Assembly (NCBI GenBank): GCA_020184695.1
Contig: JAANOX010000119.1
Location: forward strand, 1-30,983
Direction: 5' to 3'
Source of the DNA: Histomonas meleagridis 2922-C6/04-290x
Lineage: Eukaryota; Protista; Parabasalia
DNA: 30,983 nucleotides
The notes under the pieces are model-generated. The model was not told where the DNA came from. It saw nothing but the letters and a program-made list of their open reading frames with translations, and did no database searches. Every line of letters begins with the position of its first letter. Position 1 is the stretch's first letter. Below, piece after piece: positions 1 to 9,638 of the stretch. A program made the position numbers and the translations under genes.

Positions 1-1
1 C

Positions 2-3000
2 TATATTTCCAACACCAGATATATCATTAATTATGGAATAAAGATAATATATATTACCTCTGAAGTTATTTTTTGCGATTTCGATTATTTTATTGAACTG
101 TTCATTAGTTAAGTTCAAATGGAACAAAACATTAAATAATATTTGATCATATGATCGATTATTATCGAATATATTTAATAACTTATCAATAATATTTGTG
201 TTGTCTAAAGTAATTTGTTGGAATGGTAACAATTGTATTAGCGCTGGAAGTTTATCATTCATTAATTCGATGTTTGGAGGGAAATCAAATTGTTCAATCA
301 AAGGATTTGTTAAAGTTGGAAACATATTTTTAGATATTAAATATTGGAACTCATATAATGGAATTTGGAATTCATTAACTTCTTCAAACAGTTTAAGAAT
401 TTCATCGATTTTCTCGAAAAATTCCGTTTTATCAATGAACAAATATTTAATTAATGGATAATTCTCTACATCGAAATGTTTTGTATCAATTGCCAAAATT
501 GCTTCAATTAAAATACGAATTTTATTATTCATTGTATTACATAATAAGTTAATTAAATTTGGTGCCGAAAAATCATTAATTCCAAGTTCTAATAATGACT
601 CTTCGATTAAATCAATTTCTTCTTTAGTTAATTCTTCCCATTTCTTATGAACATGTTTAAACAAAAATGAAAATGAATAAATAGAATATAAATCATTACG
701 TTTCACATGTATCTTTTTAACCCATTTATCAACATGAATATTTAATGAATGACGTAATGAATAACCTAAAAATGCTAAGTCGAATTTAGAATCATTTAAT
801 ACTGATAATGAATATTCTTCAATTTGTTCCCAATCATTAGTTTTACGATTAGAATACCATAGGAAAGTAAACAAAAGTGTTTTAGAAAATTCATAATTTT
901 TATATTGTGAATTTGGTAATGTTTTAGATTCATATTGATATGTTTCGATTTCAATATCTTTATCTTCTTCATTAATAAATTCTCCAATTTTAATATCATT
1001 TGATATATTAAAATGAATTCTTTCTTTTGTTAATGAGTTTTCATCTTTTTCGATAATGAATGAATTTGGATATTTTTTAATTACATTTTTATGAACTTTA
1101 TCTAAAACTTCATAATTATTAACTTTAATATTCTTTAATGTTGAAATATATTCATAATCTTCTTCAATTATATCCCATTTATAGAACGGTATCTTTTGGA
1201 TACAATCTTCAATATAACTTCTTTTTGTTGGATCATTTTTGAAATATAAAAATGTATTATGTGGATGAATTAAGTTATTAATTTTCGCAATAATTCGTCG
1301 ATCATAATCAGAAGCGATTGTTAAATAATCGCTAATGATATATAATGATTGAGGATTTAAACATTTAATTGCTGTTAATGATACAATTAATGAATATTTA
1401 TATTGGAAAGATTGCTTAAAGAACATGTTCATTGAATTCCGAACTTTTTCATCGTCTTTGTTTTCAATTTTTTCGTTTAAGTTCGTAATGAATTTACATG
1501 TGTTATTTGTAAAAGCAGTTGCGAATATACTTGCCAACGATATCAATGATAAAATTTGTGTGTTATTTAAGTCAATATATTTAACTGTTGATGATAATAA
1601 TAAAATACATGAGTTAACAATCTTACCAAAAGTAGTTTTAGGTAAATTATCATTAATGATCGAAAAGATTTTTAATAATTGATCACATAAAAATGACCAT
1701 TTCTTATTAATGAATTCTTTTAAGTTCTTTTTTTCATCGAAGTTTAATCCTATTTTCTTAAGTGCGCAAAAAATCACATAAATTGCACGTGAGAATAATT
1801 CTTTTGATATTTCTTGATTATAATCATTAATATTATTAATTATTAATTTAATTGCAGAGTCAAATGAAGCTGGTGGTAATAAATCATTATCTAATATCTC
1901 TAATATTAATAATGGATCACATTTCTTGATGAATTTGATATAATATGATGAATTTTCAAACCAATTTAATTTAGAAAGTGGTATATTAACATTAATGATT
2001 TTAAGTAATTCTTTTAGTTCTGGAATTACTAAGTAATGCGGCTTTTCTAATAAGTTCATTATGATTTCCATAATATTTGTCTTTAAATCATTAAGACGAA
2101 ATGCTTCCCAATTAATGTTCTTAAATAATTTGATTAATGATATTTGCTCAACAAAATATCGTGGAAATGGATTAATACATAAATCAAAGATTTTCGAGGC
2201 GCTGACTGGCGCTATTTGATAAAGATCATTAAAACAGTCACTTAATGATCGAAGAAGATTGTCAAATGGAATCGGATCTCTTTCGATTGCAATTTTTGTG
2301 ATGAAATCAAGAAATCCTTTTGGAATAAGTTTTTTCTTTGTAATGTATAATGAAGAAACACGGATAACTGGAACAATAAACGAGTTAGGAAGGGATGAAT
2401 CATAACAAATAAAGTTTTGAAGTGATTCAAGAGTTATAATATTACATTTCTCGGCTGAAATAAAAAGATCAATGATCGCCGACTTTTGTGATGGCGTGGA
2501 ATTATTTTGCCAAACATTCTCTACATCAGTGAATATTTTGTTCCATTTGGTGTTGGTGGGTGGTTTGGTTGAATTTGTGAATAATAATTGTATTATTTCA
2601 ATTGCACCAGAAATGTCTGAGGAATTGCTGGAAGTAAGAAATGTATCAAGACGATCTAATAAAATGTCAGAATTGATAAGATATGCGATTGGAATGTATG
2701 GAATAATTTCTTTGAAAAATTGAGTCGTACTTTGCTCAGCAACAATTGGTATTAATTTTTTCGGATCTTTGCAAGCAAACATTGCAACTGTTTGTGCTAA
2801 AGGTGTGTTTATTAGGTATTGAACAATTGATTGATATGCAGGTGAAAAGAAATCAGAGAGCATTTCCCAATCTGATGTTGAAATCTTGGTAAGCATGTCA
2901 GCCCTACTACTTAAAAGTAATGAATGACATGTGCCAAAATAATCAATTCTTTTATTTGGATTGACATATCGTAAAGAATATGTTAAAAATGAAAAAAGAG

Positions 3001-3343
3001 AAGCCTGTGCTGCTGGCTGTAGTGAAGTAGTGTCTATTTGTTGAAAAACTTGAAGGAGATTTTGTGGTGAAAAAGAAGAAATTAATGAATACCAATGAAT
3101 TAAAAAATGTTCCGATTGTTGTCTAAGGTTAACATTTTCGTGTGATGTAAGTGGTAAAACTAATTTTATTATTCTGTATAAAAAATTATCTTTTGTGGCT
3201 TTAAAATTTGATATAATTAAACCAATCGGAAGTGTAGACAACTCCAAGATTTTTGATTCCATTTTACTAACATTGTTAGATGAAATTGCTGATTCAAGGA
3301 GTTTAATGTTTCCTGAAAGAATTAATGAATTTGCCCTCAACAT
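2..3343 (-). CDS. Large hypothetical helical (HEAT/ARM-like) protein, >=1114 aa, running off the left window edge
   Basis: Manual translation of the minus frame (plus-strand codon starts 2 mod 3) found no stop from the ATG at 3343 (MLRANSLILSGNIKLLESAISS...) down to base 2. The upstream in-frame stop is at 3389-3391. It is absent from the ORF track, probably because no stop lies inside the window. The sequence is Leu/Ile/Ser/Phe-rich with no recognisable catalytic motif, so the fold call is a guess. Confidence 0.85.
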   Translation of the reverse strand, partial: MLRANSLILSGNIKLLESAISSNNVSKMESKILELSTLPIGLIISNFKATKDNFLYRIIKLVLPLTSHENVNLRQQSEHFLIHWYSLISSFSPQNLLQVFQQIDTTSLQPAAQASLFSFLTYSLRYVNPNKRIDYFGTCHSLLLSSRADMLTKISTSDWEMLSDFFSPAYQSIVQYLINTPLAQTVAMFACKDPKKLIPIVAEQSTTQFFKEIIPYIPIAYLINSDILLDRLDTFLTSSNSSDISGAIEIIQLLFTNSTKPPTNTKWNKIFTDVENVWQNNSTPSQKSAIIDLFISAEKCNIITLESLQNFICYDSSLPNSFIVPVIRVSSLYITKKKLIPKGFLDFITKIAIERDPIPFDNLLRSLSDCFNDLYQIAPVSASKIFDLCINPFPRYFVEQISLIKLFKNINWEAFRLNDLKTNIMEIIMNLLEKPHYLVIPELKELLKIINVNIPLSKLNWFENSSYYIKFIKKCDPLLILEILDNDLLPPASFDSAIKLIINNINDYNQEISKELFSRAIYVIFCALKKIGLNFDEKKNLKEFINKKWSFLCDQLLKIFSIINDNLPKTTFGKIVNSCILLLSSTVKYIDLNNTQILSLISLASIFATAFTNNTCKFITNLNEKIENKDDEKVRNSMNMFFKQSFQYKYSLIVSLTAIKCLNPQSLYIISDYLTIASDYDRRIIAKINNLIHPHNTFLYFKNDPTKRSYIEDCIQKIPFYKWDIIEEDYEYISTLKNIKVNNYEVLDKVHKNVIKKYPNSFIIEKDENSLTKERIHFNISNDIKIGEFINEEDKDIEIETYQYESKTLPNSQYKNYEFSKTLLFTFLWYSNRKTNDWEQIEEYSLSVLNDSKFDLAFLGYSLRHSLNIHVDKWVKKIHVKRNDLYSIYSFSFLFKHVHKKWEELTKEEIDLIEESLLELGINDFSAPNLINLLCNTMNNKIRILIEAILAIDTKHFDVENYPLIKYLFIDKTEFFEKIDEILKLFEEVNEFQIPLYEFQYLISKNMFPTLTNPLIEQFDFPPNIELMNDKLPALIQLLPFQQITLDNTNIIDKLLNIFDNNRSYDQILFNVLFHLNLTNEQFNKIIEIAKNNFRGNIYYLYSIINDISGVGNI

Positions 3344-3538
3344 GATAACTCTGAATAACGGTTTCTTGCGTTTTTTGAATTGACCGCATCACATGACATT
3401 TTGTTTGGTGTAAAGGAATAAACGTGTTCGCTGAACGATACGTATTTGATGAAAAACTTAATGTTTTTGGATGATGGAATAAATGATTATCAATGATACT
3501 CAACAACAACATAGCATTCTACATGTATAATTATTGTA

Positions 3539-3546
3539 AAAGTGAC
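3539..3546 (+). promoter_or_regulatory. AAAGTGAC motif (M2-like trichomonad core promoter motif, as recalled) in the divergent promoter region
   Basis: Exact AAAGTGAC lies between the divergent ATGs at 3343 and 3688. Its reverse complement GTCACTTT occurs at 8572-8579 upstream of the PinX1-like gene. Confidence 0.35.
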
Positions 3547-3687
3547 AAATAAGAATTTTTGGTGTTAATAAATACATTGGGAGAATTCATTTATCAACTT
3601 ACTGGCATCCGAACGTTTAGATTTTTCATATCAGGTGTACCGATCAGAATAAACACAATTCCTAAAAGCTGTTTAAAAAAAAAAGAG

Positions 3688-4827
3688 ATGGAAAGTTATT
3701 TATCAGGTTTAACACCTGAAGAATATTTAAAAAGACAAAATGTAAACCAAATCATTAGTATGATCATTTTTTCTCTCCTTGAAAACAGACCAGTAAATGT
3801 AAAAGAACACATAATCAATTTTTTGTCAGATGAAACAAATCTTATCGAGGAATTTCCACCATTAGTTTTAGACTCAAATAAGAACCACGAAAAAAACACA
3901 AAATTCGAGAAATCAGAAAAATCAGAAATCTCACCTGAAATTTTATACAAGACACGAAAAGATTCAAGGCGTAAAGCAATGTCCAGTAGCTTTAAAGATT
4001 CTGATCGGATTAAAAACAAAGTCATTACTAAAGACAAAGAAACAATATTATCACTTGTTAATAATACTAAAAAAGTTCCTTTACTTTCATTTCTTCAAGA
4101 CGATCAAAGAGAGCTTCTTGTATCCTCTATGGGTCTTAAACAATTTTCCAATAACGAAGTAATTTGTCAGGAAGGATCTCGTCCAGATAACTTTTATATT
4201 ATAAGCAAAGGGCAATGCAAAGTGATGAAAAGACGCAACGACAAAGATTTCCAAATTGGCCTAAAAAAATGCAACGAATGTTTTGGCGAGCTTACTTTAA
4301 TCAGTGAATCTGTGAGTTCAGCATCATTTGTTGCAGATGGGCCTGTCACATGTTGGGCAATAAACCAAGATGAATACCTTTCAATTCTCAAAGCGTACCG
4401 CGAAGAAAAGAGGAAAAGATTAAGAAATGTCTTAAAAAAAATTCCTCTATTTTCTTTGCTAAAAGAACACGAATTATTATTAGTCATCGATGCTGTACAA
4501 GTTTGGGAGCCTGGAAGCGATGAAGTTATTGTAAAAGAAGGCGATGATGCAGATGAATTTTTTGTGATATTTGAAGGCGAATGTAAAGTATCAAAGAAAG
4601 ACAAAATTAGCGGAAGTAAAGAACTTGGCGTTTTGAGGGAAGGTTCTTACTTTGGAGAGCTTGCTCTGATGAAAAATATTCCAAGATCTATTACAGTGAA
4701 ATCTGGAAAAGGATGTAAACTTGGAAAACTTGACAGAAAATCATTTTGTAGACTATTGGATTACAAGTCGTGCAATGATATGCTGACTAATCCTAAGACA
4801 AATTTACATAAAAATTATCGTGAGTAG
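3688..4827 (+). CDS. PKAR: cAMP-dependent protein kinase regulatory subunit-like (D/D-like N-terminus, pseudosubstrate, two cNMP-binding domains)
   Basis: First ATG at 3688 (MESYLSGLTPEEYLK; the track uses an upstream TTG). N-terminus resembles a dimerisation/docking domain (YLKRQNV..II..II..LL..RP.NV). Inhibitor motif RRKAMS at 3967-3984. Two CNB domains with FGELTL... (4282) and FGELALMKNIPRSITV (4651). Confidence 0.85.
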   Translation: MESYLSGLTPEEYLKRQNVNQIISMIIFSLLENRPVNVKEHIINFLSDETNLIEEFPPLVLDSNKNHEKNTKFEKSEKSEISPEILYKTRKDSRRKAMSSSFKDSDRIKNKVITKDKETILSLVNNTKKVPLLSFLQDDQRELLVSSMGLKQFSNNEVICQEGSRPDNFYIISKGQCKVMKRRNDKDFQIGLKKCNECFGELTLISESVSSASFVADGPVTCWAINQDEYLSILKAYREEKRKRLRNVLKKIPLFSLLKEHELLLVIDAVQVWEPGSDEVIVKEGDDADEFFVIFEGECKVSKKDKISGSKELGVLREGSYFGELALMKNIPRSITVKSGKGCKLGKLDRKSFCRLLDYKSCNDMLTNPKTNLHKNYRE

Positions 4828-5096
4828 AATTGAACTTGTTACACGCCCCTGAATTTATAAACGATGTAAAAAATTAAACTGCATCGTTCGCAGTTTTTGC
4901 AAACAATTCTATTAAAGCCGATCAAACTTCACCTTCTTCGAATGGATTTTCTTGGTCGTCAAAAACAGAATAACTGTCAGAAAAAGTTCGATTTACAACG
5001 TATTCAACCTTATTTCGCTTTCAATAAATTCAACCTTCTACATTGGAATTTGAGTCGAGAAGATTGTCCAAACACATTTTTCATAGATTAACCAAA

Positions 5097-5101
5097 TCAC
5101 T
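5097..5101 (+). promoter_or_regulatory. Parabasalid-type initiator (Inr) TCACT
   Basis: TCACT 3 nt upstream of the BspA-like ATG. Equivalent TCA(C/T)T motifs sit just upstream of the PinX1-like, amylase, SWSAP1-like and second kinesin ATGs. Confidence 0.65.
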
Positions 5102-5104
5102 TAA

Positions 5105-8100
5105 ATGTTTTGCTTGTTTCTTGTTAAGGCTTTGACAACATCAACATACGCAGACGGCGTCCTTACTATTGATGACGATACGAATACAAATCTTGACATA
5201 GCTGTTCTAACTTCCGTCTTGGATCAATATATGGCAACGATTGAAAATGTTCGTGAATTATATATTAAAGGTATTGTAACTAAAATTGCAGAAGGGCTAT
5301 TTGCAAATCAAAACACATTAGAAAAGATAGATATTACAAACAATGTCTTCGAACAAATCGGTAATAACGCATTTAATAATTGTCCTAATCTTAAAACTAT
5401 CATAATATCCAGTGTCAAAACAATCGGTAGTGCTGCTTTCAAAAAATCTGGAAAACAAGCAAATCTTATTTCTTTAGTATTACCTGAAGGTCTTAGTTCT
5501 GTTGGTGAAAATTGCTTTGATGAATTGAAGTTAGGTTCTGTTACATTACCATCAACGCTTAAAACTTTACCAAATTACTGCTTTTATAATACTTACGATT
5601 TAACATCAATTGATTTACAATATGTTACATCAATCGGAGAATATTGTTTTTATAATTCTAAACTCAATACTTTAACTGTTCCTTCTGGCTGCCAAGTTTT
5701 ATATGAAGCTTTTGGTAATACTTTTGCACTTACTTCAGTAATATATAGAGGCAACAACATACCAACTAAATGTTTTGATATTTCAGTAATGAAATCAATT
5801 ACCATTGAAGGTACAACAACTATTGAAGACAATGCATTTACTGGCGTTAAAGAATTAGCAGGAACACTTGTAGTTCCAAGAAGTGTTACCTCAGTTGGAA
5901 TTTATTCTTTCCAAAATGCAAAATTTGATACTGTAATTTGGAATGCATCTGTTGATATTTCAGATGGTTCATTTTTCCAAATTCAGGAACTCAAAAATGT
6001 AACAATTATTGGAAACGTTCAAAAAATTGGATATAGGGCATTTTTCGAATGTAAAGGATTAACTACTGTACACCTACCAGCAAATCTTACCACAATTGAC
6101 AATGAAGCATTTCACACTACATCAGCACTCGAATCAATTAATTTTGAAGATACACAAATTGCTTCAATTGGAACATATACATTTTGTGCTTCAACTTCAT
6201 TGACAAGCTTAACATTTCCACCTACAATTAATCAATTTTTGGAAGGTTCATTTTATGGCTGCACATCTTTAACAAGTGTCATATTCGATGAGAAAACATT
6301 ACCAATTGATTTCGGTACGAAAGTCTTTGCAGCATGTTCAAGTCTCCATAATATTTCTATTCCAAATGGTTCAATATATGACGCAGAAACATTTCCAGCA
6401 GAATGTAATGTTACACTCTTTACAGTCACATCTGTTGCTGAAATTGAACTTCCACCAGGAAATTGTTTTATTAATGGATCATTACAAATTGATGATGATA
6501 CATTAATTATCGATGAAACAATAATTAATTCAATATTAAATGGTTCAAGTATATCCGAAGTAACAAATCTTTATATTAGAGGAAGTTCAGCATATCAAAT
6601 TTCTGCTAATTTATTCACAAATTGCACAAATCTTTCACTGATTGAAATCTCTAGTTCGAATTTCCGTACAATTGGAGAAGGCGCATTTAGTGGTTGCTCA
6701 GGACTTCTTGTAATTAGACTTCAATATGTGCGTATTATCCAACAAAGTGCATTCCAAAATGCAGGTAGTCCGAGTATAGAACTTATTATACCATCAAGTA
6801 TAGAACAAATTGGTGAACATGCATTTAATGGATTTCGATGCAAAGAAGTTCAATTACCATCAACATTAACCAAACTCTCAAGTCACTGTTTTTGTGGCAG
6901 TTCATTAAGGTCAATTAATTTGGATCATGTTACACTAATAGACGATAATTGCTTTGATGGTTCAAATATCGAAAATGTTGTACTTACTTCAGATATGACT
7001 GTTCATCAATATGCATTTGCAAACACAAAACGTCTTAATCATGTTGAATGTTATTTAACTGAATTAGTTAATGATGTTTTCCATTACAGTTCTATTAAAT
7101 CAATTAATCTTACATCAGTTACAAGCATTGGGAATAATTGCTTTAGTGAATCAAGCATCGAATCGATTGTATTACCTGAAACATTAGGTTCGAATTGGAC
7201 TGGTATTTATACATTTGAAAAGACACCAAATCTTAAGACAGCAATAGTTAAAAGCCATGTACTTCCTGAAGGTACATTTTTCGAAGCGACCAGTCTACAA
7301 ACTATTGAATTACCTGACTATATCGAAACAATCGGAAATTTTGCATTCCGATACAGTTCTATTAAATCAATTAATCTTAAATCAGTTACAAGCATTGGGA
7401 ATAATTGCTTTGGTGAATCAAGCATCGAATCGATTGTATTACCTGAAACATTAGGTTCGAATTGGATTGGCACTTATACATTTGAAAAGACACCAAATCT
7501 TAAGACGGCAATAGTTAAAAGCCATGTACTTCCTAAAGGTACATTTTTCAAAGCGACCAGTCTACAAACTATTGAATTACCTGACTATATCGAAACAATC
7601 GGAGATTTTGCATTCCAATATACAATCATAACAGGTAATTTAACAATACCAAGCAGTGTAACTTCAATTGGTTCTTATACATTTGAAGGCGCATCTATTG
7701 AATATTGCTTTTATAAGGGAAGTGCGCCAATACCAACAGGATTTTTGTTTTCAATATCAACATTAAAGGGAATTGAAATCACAGGAACTACGGAATCAAT
7801 AGGCGAAAATGCTTTCTATCACACATCTATCTCACCAATATTAAATCTTTCACATACACATATTACTTCAATTGGAGTGAGTGCATTTGAAGGATGCCCA
7901 ATTGTAACATTAGTTTTACCTGTAAGTTTGACATATATTAATACAAAAGCATTTTATTATTGCACTTCACTTGAAGAAATATTATTCGAAGACTTAAATA
8001 ACTCGAAGCCAATTACGTTTGGATCAGAATCATTTGCTGCTTGTAATATGCTTCCAGATTCAATAAAACTTCCATATGGTTCTCACCCAGCTGATTCAAC

Positions 8101-8338
8101 TGGTTGGGGATCTGCATTTCCAACAGATATAGAAATTGATACACCAACACTTCCGTCTTCTGGAGGTGGCAGAACAACTTATGGCGATGATAATTCAGGC
8201 TCTGGTTTGTCAGATGGAGCTTTGATTGCGATTATTGTTGTGGCTATTGTTGTAGTTGCTGCTGTTATTATAGGCGTTGTGTTTTATGTAGTGAAAAGAA
8301 AGAGAAAATCAGATTCTGGTGAATCAGTAACAATATAG
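5105..8338 (+). CDS. BspA-like (TpLRR/LRR_5) surface protein, type I membrane protein
   Basis: 1077-aa ORF with a signal-like N-terminus and many LP..L..IG..AF..C..L repeats. It ends in a Gly/Ser linker, a single TM segment (GALIAIIVVAIVVVAAVIIGVVFYVV) and a basic tail KRKRK. Inr-like TCACT at 5097-5101. Confidence 0.92.
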   Translation: MFCLFLVKALTTSTYADGVLTIDDDTNTNLDIAVLTSVLDQYMATIENVRELYIKGIVTKIAEGLFANQNTLEKIDITNNVFEQIGNNAFNNCPNLKTIIISSVKTIGSAAFKKSGKQANLISLVLPEGLSSVGENCFDELKLGSVTLPSTLKTLPNYCFYNTYDLTSIDLQYVTSIGEYCFYNSKLNTLTVPSGCQVLYEAFGNTFALTSVIYRGNNIPTKCFDISVMKSITIEGTTTIEDNAFTGVKELAGTLVVPRSVTSVGIYSFQNAKFDTVIWNASVDISDGSFFQIQELKNVTIIGNVQKIGYRAFFECKGLTTVHLPANLTTIDNEAFHTTSALESINFEDTQIASIGTYTFCASTSLTSLTFPPTINQFLEGSFYGCTSLTSVIFDEKTLPIDFGTKVFAACSSLHNISIPNGSIYDAETFPAECNVTLFTVTSVAEIELPPGNCFINGSLQIDDDTLIIDETIINSILNGSSISEVTNLYIRGSSAYQISANLFTNCTNLSLIEISSSNFRTIGEGAFSGCSGLLVIRLQYVRIIQQSAFQNAGSPSIELIIPSSIEQIGEHAFNGFRCKEVQLPSTLTKLSSHCFCGSSLRSINLDHVTLIDDNCFDGSNIENVVLTSDMTVHQYAFANTKRLNHVECYLTELVNDVFHYSSIKSINLTSVTSIGNNCFSESSIESIVLPETLGSNWTGIYTFEKTPNLKTAIVKSHVLPEGTFFEATSLQTIELPDYIETIGNFAFRYSSIKSINLKSVTSIGNNCFGESSIESIVLPETLGSNWIGTYTFEKTPNLKTAIVKSHVLPKGTFFKATSLQTIELPDYIETIGDFAFQYTIITGNLTIPSSVTSIGSYTFEGASIEYCFYKGSAPIPTGFLFSISTLKGIEITGTTESIGENAFYHTSISPILNLSHTHITSIGVSAFEGCPIVTLVLPVSLTYINTKAFYYCTSLEEILFEDLNNSKPITFGSESFAACNMLPDSIKLPYGSHPADSTGWGSAFPTDIEIDTPTLPSSGGGRTTYGDDNSGSGLSDGALIAIIVVAIVVVAAVIIGVVFYVVKRKRKSDSGESVTI
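7085..7618 (+). repeat. Two tandem 267-bp (89-codon) copies inside the BspA-like gene
   Basis: TACAGTTCTATTAAATCAATTAATC starts at 7085 and 7352; GCATTCC occurs at 7343 and 7610. I count about 10 mismatches between the units. Confidence 0.95.
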
Positions 8339-8593
8339 TTCAAATAAAAAATCGAAAGAAAAAATTTATATTTTGGTGTAATTTGTGTATAATAATTAAT
8401 CCTCATTCAGACAATGAACTCAAAATGTGTGTTAAATGATGAAGAAGTACTATTAAATTTGTGCTGATGGAAAAAATATATATTAAAGATGAAAATTTTA
8501 TAAACAAGGAAACGCATATTATGTTGTTGTAAAAATACATTTTGAAGCACTTTTTGTTCCAAGATTTTGCTGTCACTTTTTAACGGTCGTTCA

Positions 8594-9049
8594 ATGAATC
8601 TCGGATTTTCGCTCCTGACAAAACTTGGATTATCACAGGAAGAAGCAGACCAACATAAAAACGACAAGCCTTCAGATGCTATCACTGTTTATGCGAAGGA
8701 TCAAACAGGAATTGGATATGCTGAAAATAAATTCGATTTTGTCTTAGAAACAGATGCTACATTTGCAAAATTGCAAGCATCTCGCGTGGGTGTTGAGGAA
8801 ATAAATAGCACGCAAAAAATGGAAGTCAAACCTCCCCAACAGAGATTTTTCATTCCAACTAGACTAAAGAAAAAACCTCTTCATTCTTTATCTACTGAGG
8901 ACCTTGCTGTAATTTTGGCTAAACCAGAACCAGTAGCAGTACCTGTAGAAACAATAATTAATGAAGATAGCAAGCCACACAAAAAGAGGAGAAAGCACCA
9001 CAGAAAAGAGCAGGCTGAAGGTAAGGAAGAAGAAAACAAAGCAGATTGA
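8594..9049 (+). CDS. PINX1: PinX1/Gno1(Pxr1)-like G-patch protein, divergent, 151 aa
   Basis: ATG at 8594, downstream of TCACTT (8573). MNLGFSLLTKLG...DAITVYAKDQTGIGY resembles a G-patch. FDFVLETDATFAKLQ and RLKKKPLHSLSTEDLAVILAK resemble the PinX1 conserved blocks (DFNQLLAELN; KGKDLSSRSKTDLDCIFG). Lys/Arg/Glu-rich tail. Confidence 0.6.
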   Translation: MNLGFSLLTKLGLSQEEADQHKNDKPSDAITVYAKDQTGIGYAENKFDFVLETDATFAKLQASRVGVEEINSTQKMEVKPPQQRFFIPTRLKKKPLHSLSTEDLAVILAKPEPVAVPVETIINEDSKPHKKRRKHHRKEQAEGKEEENKAD

Positions 9050-9638
9050 ACAATTTTTTTTAATATGATTTATTCAAATATGTTTTCGATCACCATTATA
9101 AAATTAATCATTAAGTCATGTAATATAGAAAGGGAAAAGAGTACCCCCTACTGTTCTCGTTAATTCTACATAATATCTTGATTTCGTTAATTTTATCCAT
9201 TTGGGCAAGTTTTGAATATTTTTCTTTTTATATTATCAAGATAATTGGTATAAATAATAAAAATTATTTCGCTGTATTTCTTATATTTTTGATCTTTCAA
9301 TACTATTTTTACTCCAATAACATATGTTATTTATTACTTAAGGTATAAAAAATGTATTAAGTTTTTGCTTTGTATTTTCTGTGCTGTGACTGTTTCAGTT
9401 CCTATGTATATCATTTAACCATATTATCTTTAATTTAACAAGATAGTCTTGATATATCAATTCAACAAACAATGAAATTATTTAAAACAAATAATTTTTC
9501 TTTTAATACAGCACTTATGATTGCATATAAACAATAATATTTCAAAAAACATTGCGCGTTATATACTATTTTAATTTTCTTGATAAATTATTTAGATGAC
9601 AGTCATTTTATTAATCTATAGAAGTAAATTTACTTCAC

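Noticed and set aside
198-3512. Small track ORFs at 198, 796, 1425, 2242, 2472, 3195 and 3303
   Set aside because: They are antisense or off-frame shadows of the long minus-strand ORF. The 3303-3512 ORF could be a frameshifted 5' extension, but there is no evidence for this and the ATG at 3343 suffices.
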